Shown: positions 1-13,630, counted from the stretch's first letter. The stretch is 64,000 bases of DNA from Octopus sinensis (GCF_006345805.1 NC_043019.1:6571360-6635359); one strand, 5' to 3'. Notes: generated from the letters alone by a model not told the origin. Made by a program: numbers and translations.

Positions 1-138
1 CCTAACCTTTTAGTTGCCAACCGTAAACTATAAATTAATTTTTTTCAGCTTATTAAACTTCGATATGGGTAATTTTCTACAGATTACTCCAAACTTTCCA
101 ACTTACTACACCTGGATCCTTGGATCTCATATCGTAAT

Positions 139-171
<33 letters not shown>

Positions 172-1669
172 AAATATGTCTGGTTATCTGTAACATTTAT
201 TGTTATATATATTTTTTGCTTTTGCAATTAACCATTCTGCGTATAAACTTTTGATTCTTGCAGCCTTAGACAAACAGATTTGTTTAAATTTTTCGACTTG
301 CTTTGTATTTTAAATCTTTTTATGTAAAGTCCTCAACAAAACAAATTCGGTCTGAACACTGTAAGATCTAAGTCTATCCGTGAGCTTGTGTAGTTCCTGT
401 TCTCTAGTATAATTTTTCTCTATCACGCATCCATCTGCCCCAACGTCATCTGACCCTTGGCCTTCAATTTCTGTAGTAACACAAACATTTAACAGTTATA
501 ACACAGTTGTGAAGTCCACCGCAGTTATTGAAGCGATGTCGGTGTTTGTCATCAGACATTATCAAGCAGATTTTTTCATAAAATTTCATCTAAATTGATC
601 CCACACATGCAAATCCTTTAAAACCTTTACTCTCCAAAGATAATCATGTTGTAAATTTCCAAATTTCCTTTATTCACTTTCTACAATCTACCTTCGTCCA
701 GCCAACCATACAGATGAACACGAACAAAAGTTCCTTTCGGAAATTTCTCCCTGCATAGCTTTTCCTTGCCAAACATTACTATACAAGAAACAAAACAAAA
801 TCCAAAGAACAAGAGCGTGTTTTAATTTAGTACTATCAACCATACAAGAAAGAATTAAAGTAAGTGTGTTTTTCTCACGCCCGGTAGTTTTCAGCAGCGC
901 TGTTTATTTCCTATTCGCTTTACAGTTCATTTCTATCGCATGTTAAGGTTACCGGAGGTTTGTTTATGTTTCCAGTGCATAATACCCAGCAGCCTTCTAT
1001 CCGTCGATTTCCAATTACAGTGTCTTATCATCCAGATCTTTCCGAATAACCGAATTCTCTTGCTACACGCCGTAGTTACTTGTCTTATCGGCAACTTAAA
1101 TAACTTCTACTTCGAATACTCTTCTATATTTTTATTTTTTTCCTCCCTATTTTTCCTATTTTCCCTAGGAGGCATTTTATCACTAAATAATTTTAAAACC
1201 AATATTATACGACAGTATTTTCGAACGGTAATACAAGAGAGTGACATGAGCTGTCCTACTAAGTGAGATAGCGATTCGAGTCTAACCTGACATACATATA
1301 CAACCTCCCCGATAGATAGCTGTAATTGATAGTAAAAAGAGCGACGTGTATCGATGGCGATAGTGATATCATTGCGTTCAGAGGTATTGCTTTTCATTGC
1401 TTATCTGAAAAGGAAAAAAGAAAAACTGGTCTTACTGTTTTCGCACCTGTCTTTATATCTTAGAACGGTAAACAGGTAAAACGTTTTGTAAACATATGTG
1501 GTTTAACGAAAGAGAAATGGTAGTATGATGCATTCAGATAATAATTATAGCACAGTACAGTTATGAAGGCAGTGTTCCAGCATGGCCTCGATCCAATGAC
1601 TAGCATAAGAGAAAAATATCAAATATTTACATGAAATCAAGATGTTTAACCATATTCGGCACGTGTTTA

Positions 1670-1890
<221 letters not shown>

Positions 1891-2414
1891 ATCTCTCAAT
1901 CTTTCTAGGTTTGAGTGTATGTGTTTGTATATGTGTATGTATGTATGTTTGTATCTATTTATCTTCTTTCTCCCGTTGACTCATGATTGCTGTCAGCGCT
2001 GACGAAGAAAGCTTACGAGAAAAAAACATTCCAGATGTGACCCTTCATCCTATCTTCAACTAAGAGAGAGCCTCTTGGATTCTATTATCCGAGACGGCGA
2101 TGAAGTGACAAAACTACCAGAGCATCGGATAATGTACTTCTCGATATTCTTTCAAGCAAATCTATGCACGGAGTTCACATCTGGTTTGAGGCAAATTTTG
2201 CCTGTATATCCATTTGGAATCGATATATAAAGTAGTATTTTGGTACTTGGAGTGATTCTATATTTCCTCTTCTTTGTCAATGTTTTGTAAGTGAAATAAA
2301 AGAATTTTCACTTTGTCTCATTGTACCATTCTGCTTCGGTTCGGCGATTACTGAAGGACGCATAAGACTCTGAAATGCACAGTACCTACGACTAAAATTT
2401 CTTAACTTAACTTC

Positions 2415-2511
2415 AAGTGACTGAATACTCCGCAGACACGCGTGCCCTTAACATAGTTCTTAGGGAGATTCAGTGTGACACAGAGTGTAACAAAGATGGC
2501 CATTTTGTGAC
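2415..2511 (-). mobile_element. Fragment of CORE-type SINE tail, inverted relative to the copy at 2551-2838
   Basis: Reverse complement (ggccatctttgttacactctgtgtcacactgaatctccctaag...gtgtctgcggagtattcagtcac) aligns with 2684-2762. Confidence 0.75.
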
Positions 2512-2550
2512 GTATAGCCAGCCTTAAAATATTCAAGGGAGCCAGGTGAA

Positions 2551-2838
2551 GGTATGTAGCTTAGTGGTTGAGATTTTCGCTATATGATCATAAGGTTGCG
2601 AGTTCGATTCACGGCAGCATGTTGAGTCCCTGAGCAAACCACTTTATTTCACGTTGCTCCAGTCCACTCGTGTATTGCAAAAGGGCCAGCCTTGTCACAT
2701 TCTGTGTTATACTGAATCTTCCTGAGAAGGGTACGTGTGTCTGCGGAGTACTCAGCCAGCTGTACATTAATTTCCCGAGTAGGCTGTTCCGTTGATTGGA
2801 TCAACTGAAACCCATCGTCGTAACCGACGAAGTACCAT
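2551..2838 (+). mobile_element. tRNA-derived SINE with CORE-like domain
   Basis: A-box-like tagcttagtgg, B-box-like gagttcgattc, then ctgagcaaaccactttatttcacgttgctccagtccactc, resembling the CORE-SINE central motif and shared with 49935-50273. Confidence 0.75.
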
Positions 2839-3364
2839 TTTTCATTCAATGCAGCTATCTTTACAAATACAAAAAAACCCCTCAAAATGCAAATTTTTAA
2901 CAGAGAGAGGTAAACTTAGCAGAACATATGGCTGCTATTTCTAGCAAATCAATAGATCACGTAGGGAGTTACGCACCATCGTTAGCACGTTTATTCACGA
3001 ATCCCTATTGTCATTTACAAAGGATCTCCGACCATTTTTTTATTCATAATTTTCAACAATTTATTACGTTCTCTTTTTCTGACGTAAAAACGAACTGTAC
3101 GCCTCTCCCAGATTCCAGTGGTTTATATTCTTAAACAACCGTTTCTTAATTTATTCTATAGAATAGCTAGAACTGCGTCGGTAATAAGCATTCTTCTAAC
3201 CATATTTTAAAATGATTGCCGATTCATGTCCTTATAAATGTATGAGATTTTTATCATTGTATCTTAACTACGTAGAGAACTACTTGGTTATTCATAGATT
3301 TCTTGTCTTCAGCGCTACACTAAACGAATCAATTCCTCTCTCAACCTTTCGTTCTTTCCTTTGC

Positions 3365-3389
3365 TCCATCTATCTCTCTATATATACCA

Positions 3390-3471
<82 letters not shown>

Positions 3472-3537
3472 GCTTTCTGTCTATCTGTCTATCTATCTGT
3501 CTATCTATCTATCTATCTACCTATCTATCTATCTATC

Positions 3538-3609
<72 letters not shown>

Positions 3610-3615
3610 GTCTAT

Positions 3616-3651
<36 letters not shown>

Positions 3652-4200
3652 TTATCTATCTATCTATCTCTTTCACTCTCTCTCTATCTGTATATCTTTC
3701 TGTCTGTCAGTCTGTCTCTCTGTCTCTCTGCCTGTCTGTTTGTCTTCGTGTATGTATGCATGTATGAATGAATGTATGTATGTATGTATGTGTGTATGTA
3801 TGTATGTATGTATGTATGTATGTATGTATGTATGTATGTCTATATTTCTCTCACATTCTCTCTGTCTATATATTTATATGCATGTAGTTAACATGTAGCT
3901 ATCTTCTTCCGCCTCATAATGTCTCTCTGCATATACATTCATACAATCATTCATTTATACATGCATACATACATACATGCATATATACATACATACATAC
4001 ATACATACATACATGCATACATACATACATACATACATGCATACATACATACATACATACATACATACATACATGCATGCATACATACATACATGCATAC
4101 ATACATACATACATACATACATACATGCATACATACATGCATACATACATACATAATACATACATGCATACATACATACGTAATATTGATATATGTATGT
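3365..4200. repeat. Compound microsatellite block (TATC)n, (TATG)n, (CATA)n
   Basis: Direct inspection. Confidence 0.95.
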
Positions 4201-5188
4201 ATGAAAATACATTTATAAAAATATAAGTATATACATACTTATATACGTGTATAAACCTATATACCTATATACATACTCATACACGCATGCATAAATATAT
4301 ATGCATTTCTGGAAGTACATCTCTCTCTTTCTTTCTCCTTTCATATGTCTTTTTGTATTCATATCTATAGATATTTTCTTTGTTTTGGGTCTTTTTTATT
4401 CGATGCACTTATTAGTCCAGCCATTTGACACTACAAAACGCCTGTAGCGGATATGAAATCAGGAAGCAAGCATTGATAATAAGACACACACACGCTCTTC
4501 ACCTCAGCTTTTACCATTTACGATAGAGAATTCCATTAAAACAATATGGTGAGTTACAATGAAGCAGAGTAGTGAAAGAAAATAATAATAAAAAATGGCG
4601 TCATTCAGTAAAGCCAGAGGACACGTTAACGTTTGAAAGTTTCTATGAAAAATGGCGTCGAAATATGCAAGAAAGTAACAGTTAAAGGTTTAGATAGCTG
4701 AACAGATATAAAAGAATAATGTAATGTATTAAAGGAGCGGAATGGTGGAAGAACAGAAGACAGAACAATCACAAAGAATTCAAACTGATAATTTCCTTCC
4801 ATTGGTAACATTAAAAGATGGCGGAAGGAAGCAAACATACTTAATAACAGTTTGAGATGGACTGTTGACCCCCTATGCTATCTATCAATAAAAGATTATG
4901 CCGGTGGGGGAGGGGACAAAAATGGATTGTCGATACCTGGTTTGGAGATCGATGACCCAACGATAATAATAGATTTAAAGAAAGTGAGATGGCTCGTTCT
5001 CTAAGTGTTGGGAAGAAGTGGTTGAAGGTTTGGCGGATTTGGAGCTGGATATTGAGTTTTGGGACGTGTGTATGTATGTATGTATGTATGTATGTATGTA
5101 TATATTATATATACATATATATATAATATATTACATATACATATGTATATATATGTATATGTATATGTATATGTTATGTATATGTATA

Positions 5189-5227
<39 letters not shown>

Positions 5228-5261
5228 TGCTTATGCATACATACAATACATGGATACATAA

Positions 5262-5307
<46 letters not shown>

Positions 5308-5574
5308 CACATATATATAATGTATGTGTTTTTTTTCGCGCAAGCGCGTGAGTGTTTCACTGGAGTGTATGAAAGTGATGGAATCTAACAATGTGGACAC
5401 CTACTCAATGCTGCTAATCCGAAATTCGGAGTAGCAGCAAGGAGTAGATGAGCACAGTCAAATATGCTTTTTTAAATACCTACCTCCCTACTTACATACA
5501 TACACATACACATGTATATGGTATATATAACATATACCATACATGCATGCAATGAGTATACAATATATATTGGT

Positions 5575-5930
5575 GTACAGTATTTACATTCTGAGTACAA
5601 ATTCCGCCGAGGTCGTCTTTGCTTTTTATCCTTTCGGGATCGATAAATTAAATACCAGTTGCGTACTGAGGTTTGATCTAATTGACTGTCCCCCTCCCCC
5701 AAAATTTCGTGCCTTGTACTAGAGTAGAAAATAATATATATGAGTGTAATTCTCGTCGTGTATATATCTGTTACTATTTAAAATGACCGAGGTCGACTTT
5801 TCCTTTCATCATTTTCTGGTCGCTAAAGCAAGTACCAGTTAAAAACTGGAATTGTTGTAATCGATTTACTTCCTCCCTCAAAATTGCTGAACCTCTGCTG
5901 GAATAAAATTTTATGGAACAAAAAGTGTAA
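5575..5930. mobile_element. Two fragments (+ at 5575-5730, - at 5780-5930) of the Meta/MESC-like tRNA SINE
   Basis: Motif ttctgagtacaaattccgccgaggtcgtctttgct...cctttcgggatcgataaattaaataccag matches the unit of the 35830-36782 array. Confidence 0.75.
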
Positions 5931-6086
5931 TCTATACTTGCTCCAGTAGCAGACAATTTACATTTAATAATAACACCATCAAAATCTCATTAATTTTCCA
6001 CATTCATCTATATATCTATGTATGCATGTATCTATCATTTGTCTGTCTGTCTGCCTGTCAGTCATCATTGATACCACCATCAGTTA

Positions 6087-6146
6087 TCAAACGATGGTGG
6101 GGGACAAACACAGACACAAAGGTATACACATATATGCATATATATA

Positions 6147-6188
<42 letters not shown>

Positions 6189-6366
6189 AATATATATAAT
6201 AGATATATATACATTTACGTGACGGTTTTCTTTCAGTTTCTGTTCGTCTACCAATCCAATCATAAGACTATGGTCGGCCCGAGGGTATAGAAGAAGAAAC
6301 TTGTCCAAGGTGCCAACCAGTGGGACTGAACCCGGAACAATGTGGTTTGGAAAGCAAGCATGTTAC
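6087..6366 (-). mobile_element. Partial SINE-A copy (head to middle microsatellite)
   Basis: Reverse complement aligns to 11731-11980 (gggactgaacccggaac, cttgtccaaggtgcc). Confidence 0.8.
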
Positions 6367-7899
6367 GCATAACTACGCCTCTGTCACTACATATTTGTGT
6401 GTGTGTGTGTGTGTGTGTGTGTCGTGTTGTGTGTGCTTGTGTGTATAGATCGATCGGTTGATGGACCGAATGATACATAGATAGATAAATAGACAGACAG
6501 ACAGCCAGATAGATCGATAGACAAATAGATAAGTACATCGAGTGATATACGCACACTCCATAAATCCATCAAACGATCCATACGTAGACACACACACACG
6601 CCAAGACACACAAAAACACATACACACATGCACGCACACACACAGTTACGAATCTCTGTTATACATTTAGAGAAATCAGAAACATACATACACATATATA
6701 CACTCACATAATATGATGTAAGATAATCGCCGGAAACTTCCTCTTCCGGTAAGACAATTCCTTTTTACTTTTCAAATCTAATGAAAGTTGGTGAGATTTT
6801 CTGTGAAAGTTACGACAAAGGAGAAGAGAGAAATGGAAGTTCGAAAGGAAGAGAAGAAAAGGTGGTCAGAGCGGGAGAAAGAAAGAAAGAAAGAAAGAAA
6901 GGAATTAATTGTTTCTTTCAAGTATCCATTTTGATATGGATATCGGTTTCAGATTATATATATGTATGCATGTATGTATGTATGTATGTATGTATGTATG
7001 TATGTATGTATGTATGTATGTACCTACCTACCTACCTACCTACCTACCTACCAACCAACCAACCAACCTACCTACCTACCTACCTACCTACCTACCTACC
7101 TACCTACAGACCTACCTACCAGGCATTCACGAAGGAATAGAGAGGCAGACTATCTAAAGACTTTGAAAATATCTACAAAACATTTCACTTAATTTAGTTT
7201 CTTCAATTTAACTGTTTTTTTTCTTATTTTACTCTTAGTCGAAAAAGTCTACAAAGACGGAAACCGGTACTAAAATGTACAAATGTACTTCATGATAAAA
7301 TTATTTTCGCATGTTCTACCTTGTCTTTTTACCTATATATATAAGCAAATTACATTTATATATGTATGCGTAGGAGCGCGCATGCGTAATTGCTCTATAT
7401 GTATAACGAGCAGCACAAAGCGATATCTAAGTCCAAGTGGATACTAAAATGGATGAAATAGTTTCCTTCACTTCTTTTATTCTAACATCGTTTCTTTCTG
7501 TCACTCCTCCTTTCTTTCTGTTTTCGTTCTCTCCTTATTTGCTTCCTTCCTTCAAATTTTCATCTTTCGTCATCCTTTTATAGATGGCGTTGTTTCTTAA
7601 TTTCAAAGAAATCCTCATCGACGAAGTTTTGACTTGATTTGAAAAACGGAAAATCCCACCGGAAGAGGAAATTTGTTGCGTTTAATTACTTTTCGACGTA
7701 AAGGAGCTGGCGCATTGGAAGAACTGGTAGAGCCACAAACAAAATGTTTTGTGCAATTTCGCTGTTAAAATCTATTGGGGCCATGCTTTGCATTTCAAAA
7801 TTCGAAACATAAAATAAAATATTTCAATCGACAAATCTGGGTTCCTGCACACGCTAATCGATTATACTCTGCTGTGAAATTAAGGGCTATGTGTTTATA

Positions 7900-8345
7900 T
7901 TAGGTTGTTTCACATGAAATATAGTATTTGAAAGGTAACAATAAAATGTTTCAGAAGTGTTAGGGAACTGATTTATTTAATCGAAATACGATCAATGTTC
8001 ATTTATGAGGTTTACCCAACGTTTCTCTATGTCATATATTCTATCTTTAAATAAATATTCATCTGTTGCTGTGATACACTGTCCGAATGCTTCAGTCAAC
8101 TCTTCTCTATTTAAGAATGTTTTATTGCTTATGATCAAAATGCTTCAATAAGGGATGATGAGTGGGAGAGATATCAGGAGAATAAGGAGGATGTTGCAAA
8201 ATCTCATAATTCAGGCGTTGCAACTTTTGAACCATAGCTTGAGGAATGTGAGGACGTGCATTGTCGTGGAGCAAAATTAGGCCATCTCTATTCACTAGTA
8301 CAATATGTACAGAGTTCACCGGTTTCGCTTCGTTAATCATGACTC
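7900..8345 (-). mobile_element. Decayed mariner (DD34D) transposase 3' part with TIR-like end
   Basis: LLHDNARPH and HPPYSPDISPT motifs; frameshifted C-terminus ...IEKRWVNLINEH*SYFD; TA|TTAGGTTG TIR-like end at 7898-7907. Confidence 0.9.
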
Positions 8346-8519
8346 AATGTTATCAAATCTTAATAACATTTTATTTCGAACATATGCATTATTCTATAGA
8401 TTTAGACCAAAAGAAAAGCAGAATAAAGGAGAGTATAACTCAAGGGGGATAATCAGTAGATATAATATTTCTTTCCTAAGGAAAGGCAGATTTTTTCTTC
8501 CCTTCTGGTTGTTTGTTTA

Positions 8520-9000
8520 TTTGTTAAGTTTTAGTTTGTATTTTTCAATAAATGTAGTCTCTGTATTTAGTCTTTGTTGAGTTGAGGTGCTTTCCGAGCA
8601 TTGGCATAGTGGGAATATAGTGAATAGTGGCTGGCGTCCCTCTATGTCATCACCGAGCGGTATTTGACGGTTTTGCGGGTGGTAGAATTATTCTCTATGT
8701 AGTGCATATCTACATCTTAGGGACATTCCTATTGAACTTTCATAGTTTCTACGTCAACCGGAATATGTTATGACGTAGATGAGATTTTCAGAGGCGCAAG
8801 TGTATTCAGTTTTAGTTTTAGATTTTTGTCCTTGTTTAAAATGGAATTCTGAGCCTTCCATTATGTTAGAACATGTTCCACAATTCGGCGCTTCACATTT
8901 TTTAACTCATGCTTCCGTTATTTTATAGTATAGTTTTGCATTTGTGAGTATCCTCTTTAATGGTTTTGGCTGTTTGCTGCTTTTATAATTTTATTGGTGC
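8520..9000 (-). mobile_element. Penelope-like element remnant (GIY-YIG endonuclease region)
   Basis: Interrupted translation ...KKCEAPNCGTCSNIMEGSEFHFKQGQK...CASENLIYVITYSG...SLRCRYALHRE, homologous to 39480-40140. Confidence 0.8.
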
Positions 9001-9088
9001 ATAGAATCTCATACAGTTAAGGTCCTAATATTAATATATAATATATATATATAATATAATATATATATAATATATATATATATATATG

Positions 9089-9290
9089 TATATTTCGTTT
9101 GGGGATTTGGTTTGCAGATTCTTTATATGAGTTCGTGTGTTGAAACATATTCTGTTGTGTCTGAGGAGAGTCATTTTCTTTTGTGGCTTGTTATTTAACA
9201 CACTCACCGGTAAAATTTCCACTTCTTTCTTTTTTTTTTTTTTAGAAACAAGTGAAAATTTTACCGGTGAGTATGTTACATTATAAGGCA
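9089..9290. mobile_element. Palindromic foldback/MITE-like element, copy 1 (internally deleted)
   Basis: cactcaccggtaaaatttccactt ... aagtgaaaattttaccggtgagt inverted arms; homologous to 14537-14800 and 44100-44345. Confidence 0.75.
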
Positions 9291-10039
9291 CATATATATA
9301 TATATATAGTTCAAATTTACAGAAATAAAAGACAAAGACAGGTGAGGGAAAAACAAGCAGGTGTTTAGCTTAACATTCGGAAAGAATGGAGAAGTAGTCT
9401 TTGACGTTATGAGCCATCCTACGCTCTTCTGGAGAAATAATTGCGAGGGAGAAAAAGGGAGAGAACGAAAAAGAAAACGGAGAGAATAATGTGTAGAGAT
9501 TAACGTTTCAACAATACATGTGTGTGTATCTATGTGTGTATGCATCTGTGGGCAGTGTGTGTGAGTGTGTGTGCGTGTGTGTGTGTGTGTGTGCTTCACA
9601 CGCCCACGTTCACATGTACAGTTACCTATGGATTAAAGTCTTATTTTTTTTTTACTTCGTTAATCCAACAATACACACCAACTTGGCGTGTAACCTAGTA
9701 ATTTCCAACGAAGTTGAATTGAACAGGTGTTTTACCATAATTTCGAATGCGGATCGTAATTATTCTATTGTAGCCGAATGCTTTCACAAAAATAATTTAC
9801 GATGTCAAGTTAAGTGCAACCCAACACTATGTAGAAATTAAATGTTGAAATTAAAAGAATGAGTTTTCAAGTTAATGTAATGCCATTCAGAACGGAAGCA
9901 TTCTTAGTTCTCAAATATATTCGCATGTTCGGGTAGATACGGGTTTGAGCATGCTCGCTAATATAGCGTAATATATACACGAACAATATATATTTATGCA
10001 TGTAGAAATGTTTAAGAAGTCTTTTATTATTCTGCTTGT

Positions 10040-10368
10040 TTACAGCTATATGCCTGTGGCCACACTGGAGCACCGCCTTAAAGGGTTTTAGCTGAAGAAA
10101 TCAAGCATAATACTTATTCTCTCGCTCACTTTCGCTGGACCTGTAAGTTACAGGGACCTAAACACACCAACATGGTTTGTCAAGCGATGGTGAGTAGGGT
10201 GGGTGGAAACCCAAACACCCAAATATAAATATATATATATATATATTGTTATATTTCGGAATGGTCATATTGCCAGTTTAGCCAATAAATCTGCACAACA
10301 ATATTTAAACGTATATAATATATATATATATCCATACATATCTATATGTATGTATGTATGCATGTTTG

Positions 10369-10410
<42 letters not shown>

Positions 10411-10675
10411 TATATATATATTATATATATATAATATATATATATACATATATACATATATATATACATATATATATAATATTTACATATATATATATAT
10501 ACATACATACAACATACAAAGGGCGTATTTTAGTTTCTATCTACCAAAACCTCTCAGAAATTTTGCTCGGCTTGAGGTTAGATTAGAATTCACTTTCTCA
10601 TTGTGCCACACAGTGGCACTGAACCCAGAACCGTGCGGTGGGGAAGCAAGCTTCTTACCACCACACTTTCACGCT
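10040..10675 (-). mobile_element. SINE-A copy split by (TA)n expansion (tail 10040-10215, head 10520-10675)
   Basis: gcctgtggccacactggagcaccgcctt and ggcactgaacccagaaccgtgcggtggggaagcaagcttcttaccacc match the reverse complement of 11731-12135. Confidence 0.7.
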
Positions 10676-11688
10676 ATCCTTGTTGATATTTTGTATATAA
10701 AATCTATTAAAACGTATTCCCGTATGCATGAATCAGAAATCAGTTATCAATTTTGATATTCCTGTAAGACTCTCTCTCTGAGACTGCGTGTGTGTGTGTA
10801 AGCTTACTTATGTGCCTTCCTGTATGCGGATATGAAGTTTAAAAACAATATATCCTTCATTGGTTATACAAGTGTTGTCACCACCGATGCAGGTGTTTCT
10901 CAGGTAAACTGTGTTTAGGAGAACCATTGTGAAGCTTTGATTGGATAAATGCGATGGCACCACCATAGCTGTTATGGATGCTGCTGCTGTTCTTGTAGCT
11001 GATGTTGTTAGTATTGTTCTTGGTGTTGTCGATCTATTATTCTTTATATCAAACTGAGCGACGAACGGAATTTCTCTGCAGAGGGAGAACTGACATGTTT
11101 GCTGTTTACGTCATTTATCAACCGACGCAAGTTCTGTTCGTTACTGCTTCTGTTCACGAATCTTTGTTGTGTTCGCTGTCAACGAAAAAGATGATGAAGA
11201 CGACGACGATGAGGATGATGAGGATGAACATGTAGAGGTAGGTACGTACATATATGTATGTATATATGCATATGTTTTATTTATTTATTCATATATATAT
11301 ATATGTATATATATACGAGCAAAACGTCCCCCGTCCAATGACGGTGCTGAGTTGTCAAACATTTAAACTAAATTCTCTGAAAACAACTTGCCCAACCGCC
11401 CCATAGTCCTTCCTTTTGAGAAACACTGATTTAACCTAAATTTGAGACAACAGCAAAAGAATAAATACAGATAGGCTTTTTTTCTATTCCAAAGAAAAAC
11501 GATTTTTTTAAAACAAATATGCAACCGAAGAGTTTAAAGTGCCAGTAAGTAGATCGCAACAGCTGATGTACTTGCGCGTATAAATGCACGTTTCCACGGC
11601 TTTATCGATCGCATTCTCACCTGGAATCGGTTTTTGTAACACACACACAGACAGAACGGATTTTATATAATAGATATATATATACATA

Positions 11689-11730
<42 letters not shown>

Positions 11731-11732
<2 letters not shown>

Positions 11733-12135
11733 CGCAGGAGTGGCTGTGTGGTAAGTAGCTTGCTAACCAACCACATGATTGCCGGTTCAGTCTCACTGCG
11801 TGGCATCTTGGGCAAGTGTCTTCTGCTATAGCCCCAGGCCGACCAATGCCTTGTGAGTGGATTTGGTAGACGGAAACTGAAAGAAGCCTGTCGTATATAT
11901 GTATATATATATATATATGTGTGTGTGTTTGTGTGTCTGTGTTTGTCCCCCTAGCATTGCTTGACAACCGATGCTGGTGTGTCTACGTCCCCGCCACTTA
12001 GTGGTTCGGCAAAAGAGACCGATAGAATAAGTACTGGGCTTACAAAGAATAAGTTCTGGGGTCGATTTGATCGACTAAAGGCGGTGCTCCAGCATGGCCG
12101 CAGTCAAATGACTGAAACAAGTAAAAGAGAAAAAG
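11731..12135 (+). mobile_element. Full-length SINE-A (tRNA head + CORE-like segment + internal (TA/TG)n + tail)
   Basis: ggcgcaggagtggctgtgtggtaag head, ggttcagtc B-box-like, cttgggcaagtgtctt CORE-like, tail ...gactgaaacaagtaaaagag; many copies in window. Confidence 0.9.
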
Positions 12136-12140
12136 AGAAA

Positions 12141-12175
<35 letters not shown>

Positions 12176-13193
12176 TTTACACTCAAACACACAAACACCC
12201 ATTTCGCTGTCAGTCACTTCTCTTCCTCTGTACCATCCGGTGTCATACGGTATGATCGTACCCAGGATCTCGTACTTGCGAGGTGAATGTCTTAAACAGT
12301 CCACTACGCGGCGCTTATACGTATGTATGTGTTTATAAATACGTATTTTCTTACGTATCTGCGTGCACACACACAAACACGCACACACACTGGCATACAC
12401 TCACACACATGTATATATACATACATAGATACGTGAATATATGTATATATACATATATATGTATATTTATGTGTATAAATAGATATATGTGAATATATAT
12501 ACTTATACACACAGACACACATATATATATGTATATACATATATATGCACATACATTCATTCATATATACATATATACACAGACACACATTTATGTATAT
12601 ATATACACACACATACATATATATATGTACATACATATATACGTACGTGCATACATACGCATTTATGCATCAGATATTAAAAAATATATTTTAAAAAACG
12701 GACACCTTGAGATTTTTGAAAGGAAGTATTCATTAGTTATGAAAAAAAAATGATATTCATTCATCACATTCAGATATAAATTGAGAAAAAAAAAGTTAAA
12801 AACAGGCATACAATAAATACTGAATAAATAAATAAAAATTTATGTTTATTCATAATGAAAAAATTTGCAATCAATGCTTGTTGCGTGATTATTTCGTAAT
12901 TTTATTAATTCTTTTAATCATCAATGTCAAAAAAGACTTTTTTTTCAGTAATGTGGTCTTCTATTACAACAAATTTCTTTCCTGAACCGTCGCCATTAAA
13001 GATTCGTTGCTTAAAAAAAAAATTAATAAAAGTTTTTGAAATTTCTTTCGTTTTAATGATGAACCATAAATTACAATAACTTCTCTATTACTCAGCGACA
13101 GTACCTGTTATTAGTGGGCGTTGTTCAGGCTAGAAATCGCAGCTAAACTAAATTTAATGGTCTTATCTTCACGAGGAAAATAAAAACGCAATG

Positions 13194-13628
13194 GCCAAGC
13201 AGTGCTGTTTTCTGCAAGTGCTCCACTCTTATTGCAGCTCCTATTCCTTCCACGTACTTCTCGAGATTTTTGATGACTGTTCCCAAGGCTCCGACAATTA
13301 TTGGTACTACTGCTACTTTTCTCACCGACCACAACTGCTTAACTTCCCAAGCTAACCTGTCATATTTCTCAACTTTTCTTTCTTCCTTATCGCATACACT
13401 GTTGTTAGCTGGGCATGCTACGTCTATAATCCAGCACAGTTTGTTTTCTTTCTCAATTAAGACTATGACCAGCTTCCTGTTCTCTATCTCATGGTCGCAT
13501 TGAATCAGAAAATCCCATAGGATCTTTACATCTCTATTTTCGACGATGCCTTTAGGTTTGTGGTCGTACCAATTTTTTGCCTTGTCAAGTCCATACCTGT
13601 TGCAAAGTATCAATGGACAAGCCTGTAC

Positions 13629-13630
<2 letters not shown>
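13194..13630 (-). mobile_element. R4/Dong-type non-LTR retrotransposon, C-terminal restriction-like endonuclease fragment
   Basis: KILWDFLIQCDHEIENRK...CWIIDVACP...KVEKYDRL...VVPIIVGALG...LQKTALLG is the typical R2-group RLE C-terminus; 5' end abuts (TAA)n. Confidence 0.88.

Noticed and set aside
11081-11239. Acidic exon ending GAG|GTAGGT
   Set aside because: The acidic frame is not open from the nearest acceptor (ctctgcag) and the D/E run is a (GAT/GAC)n repeat.
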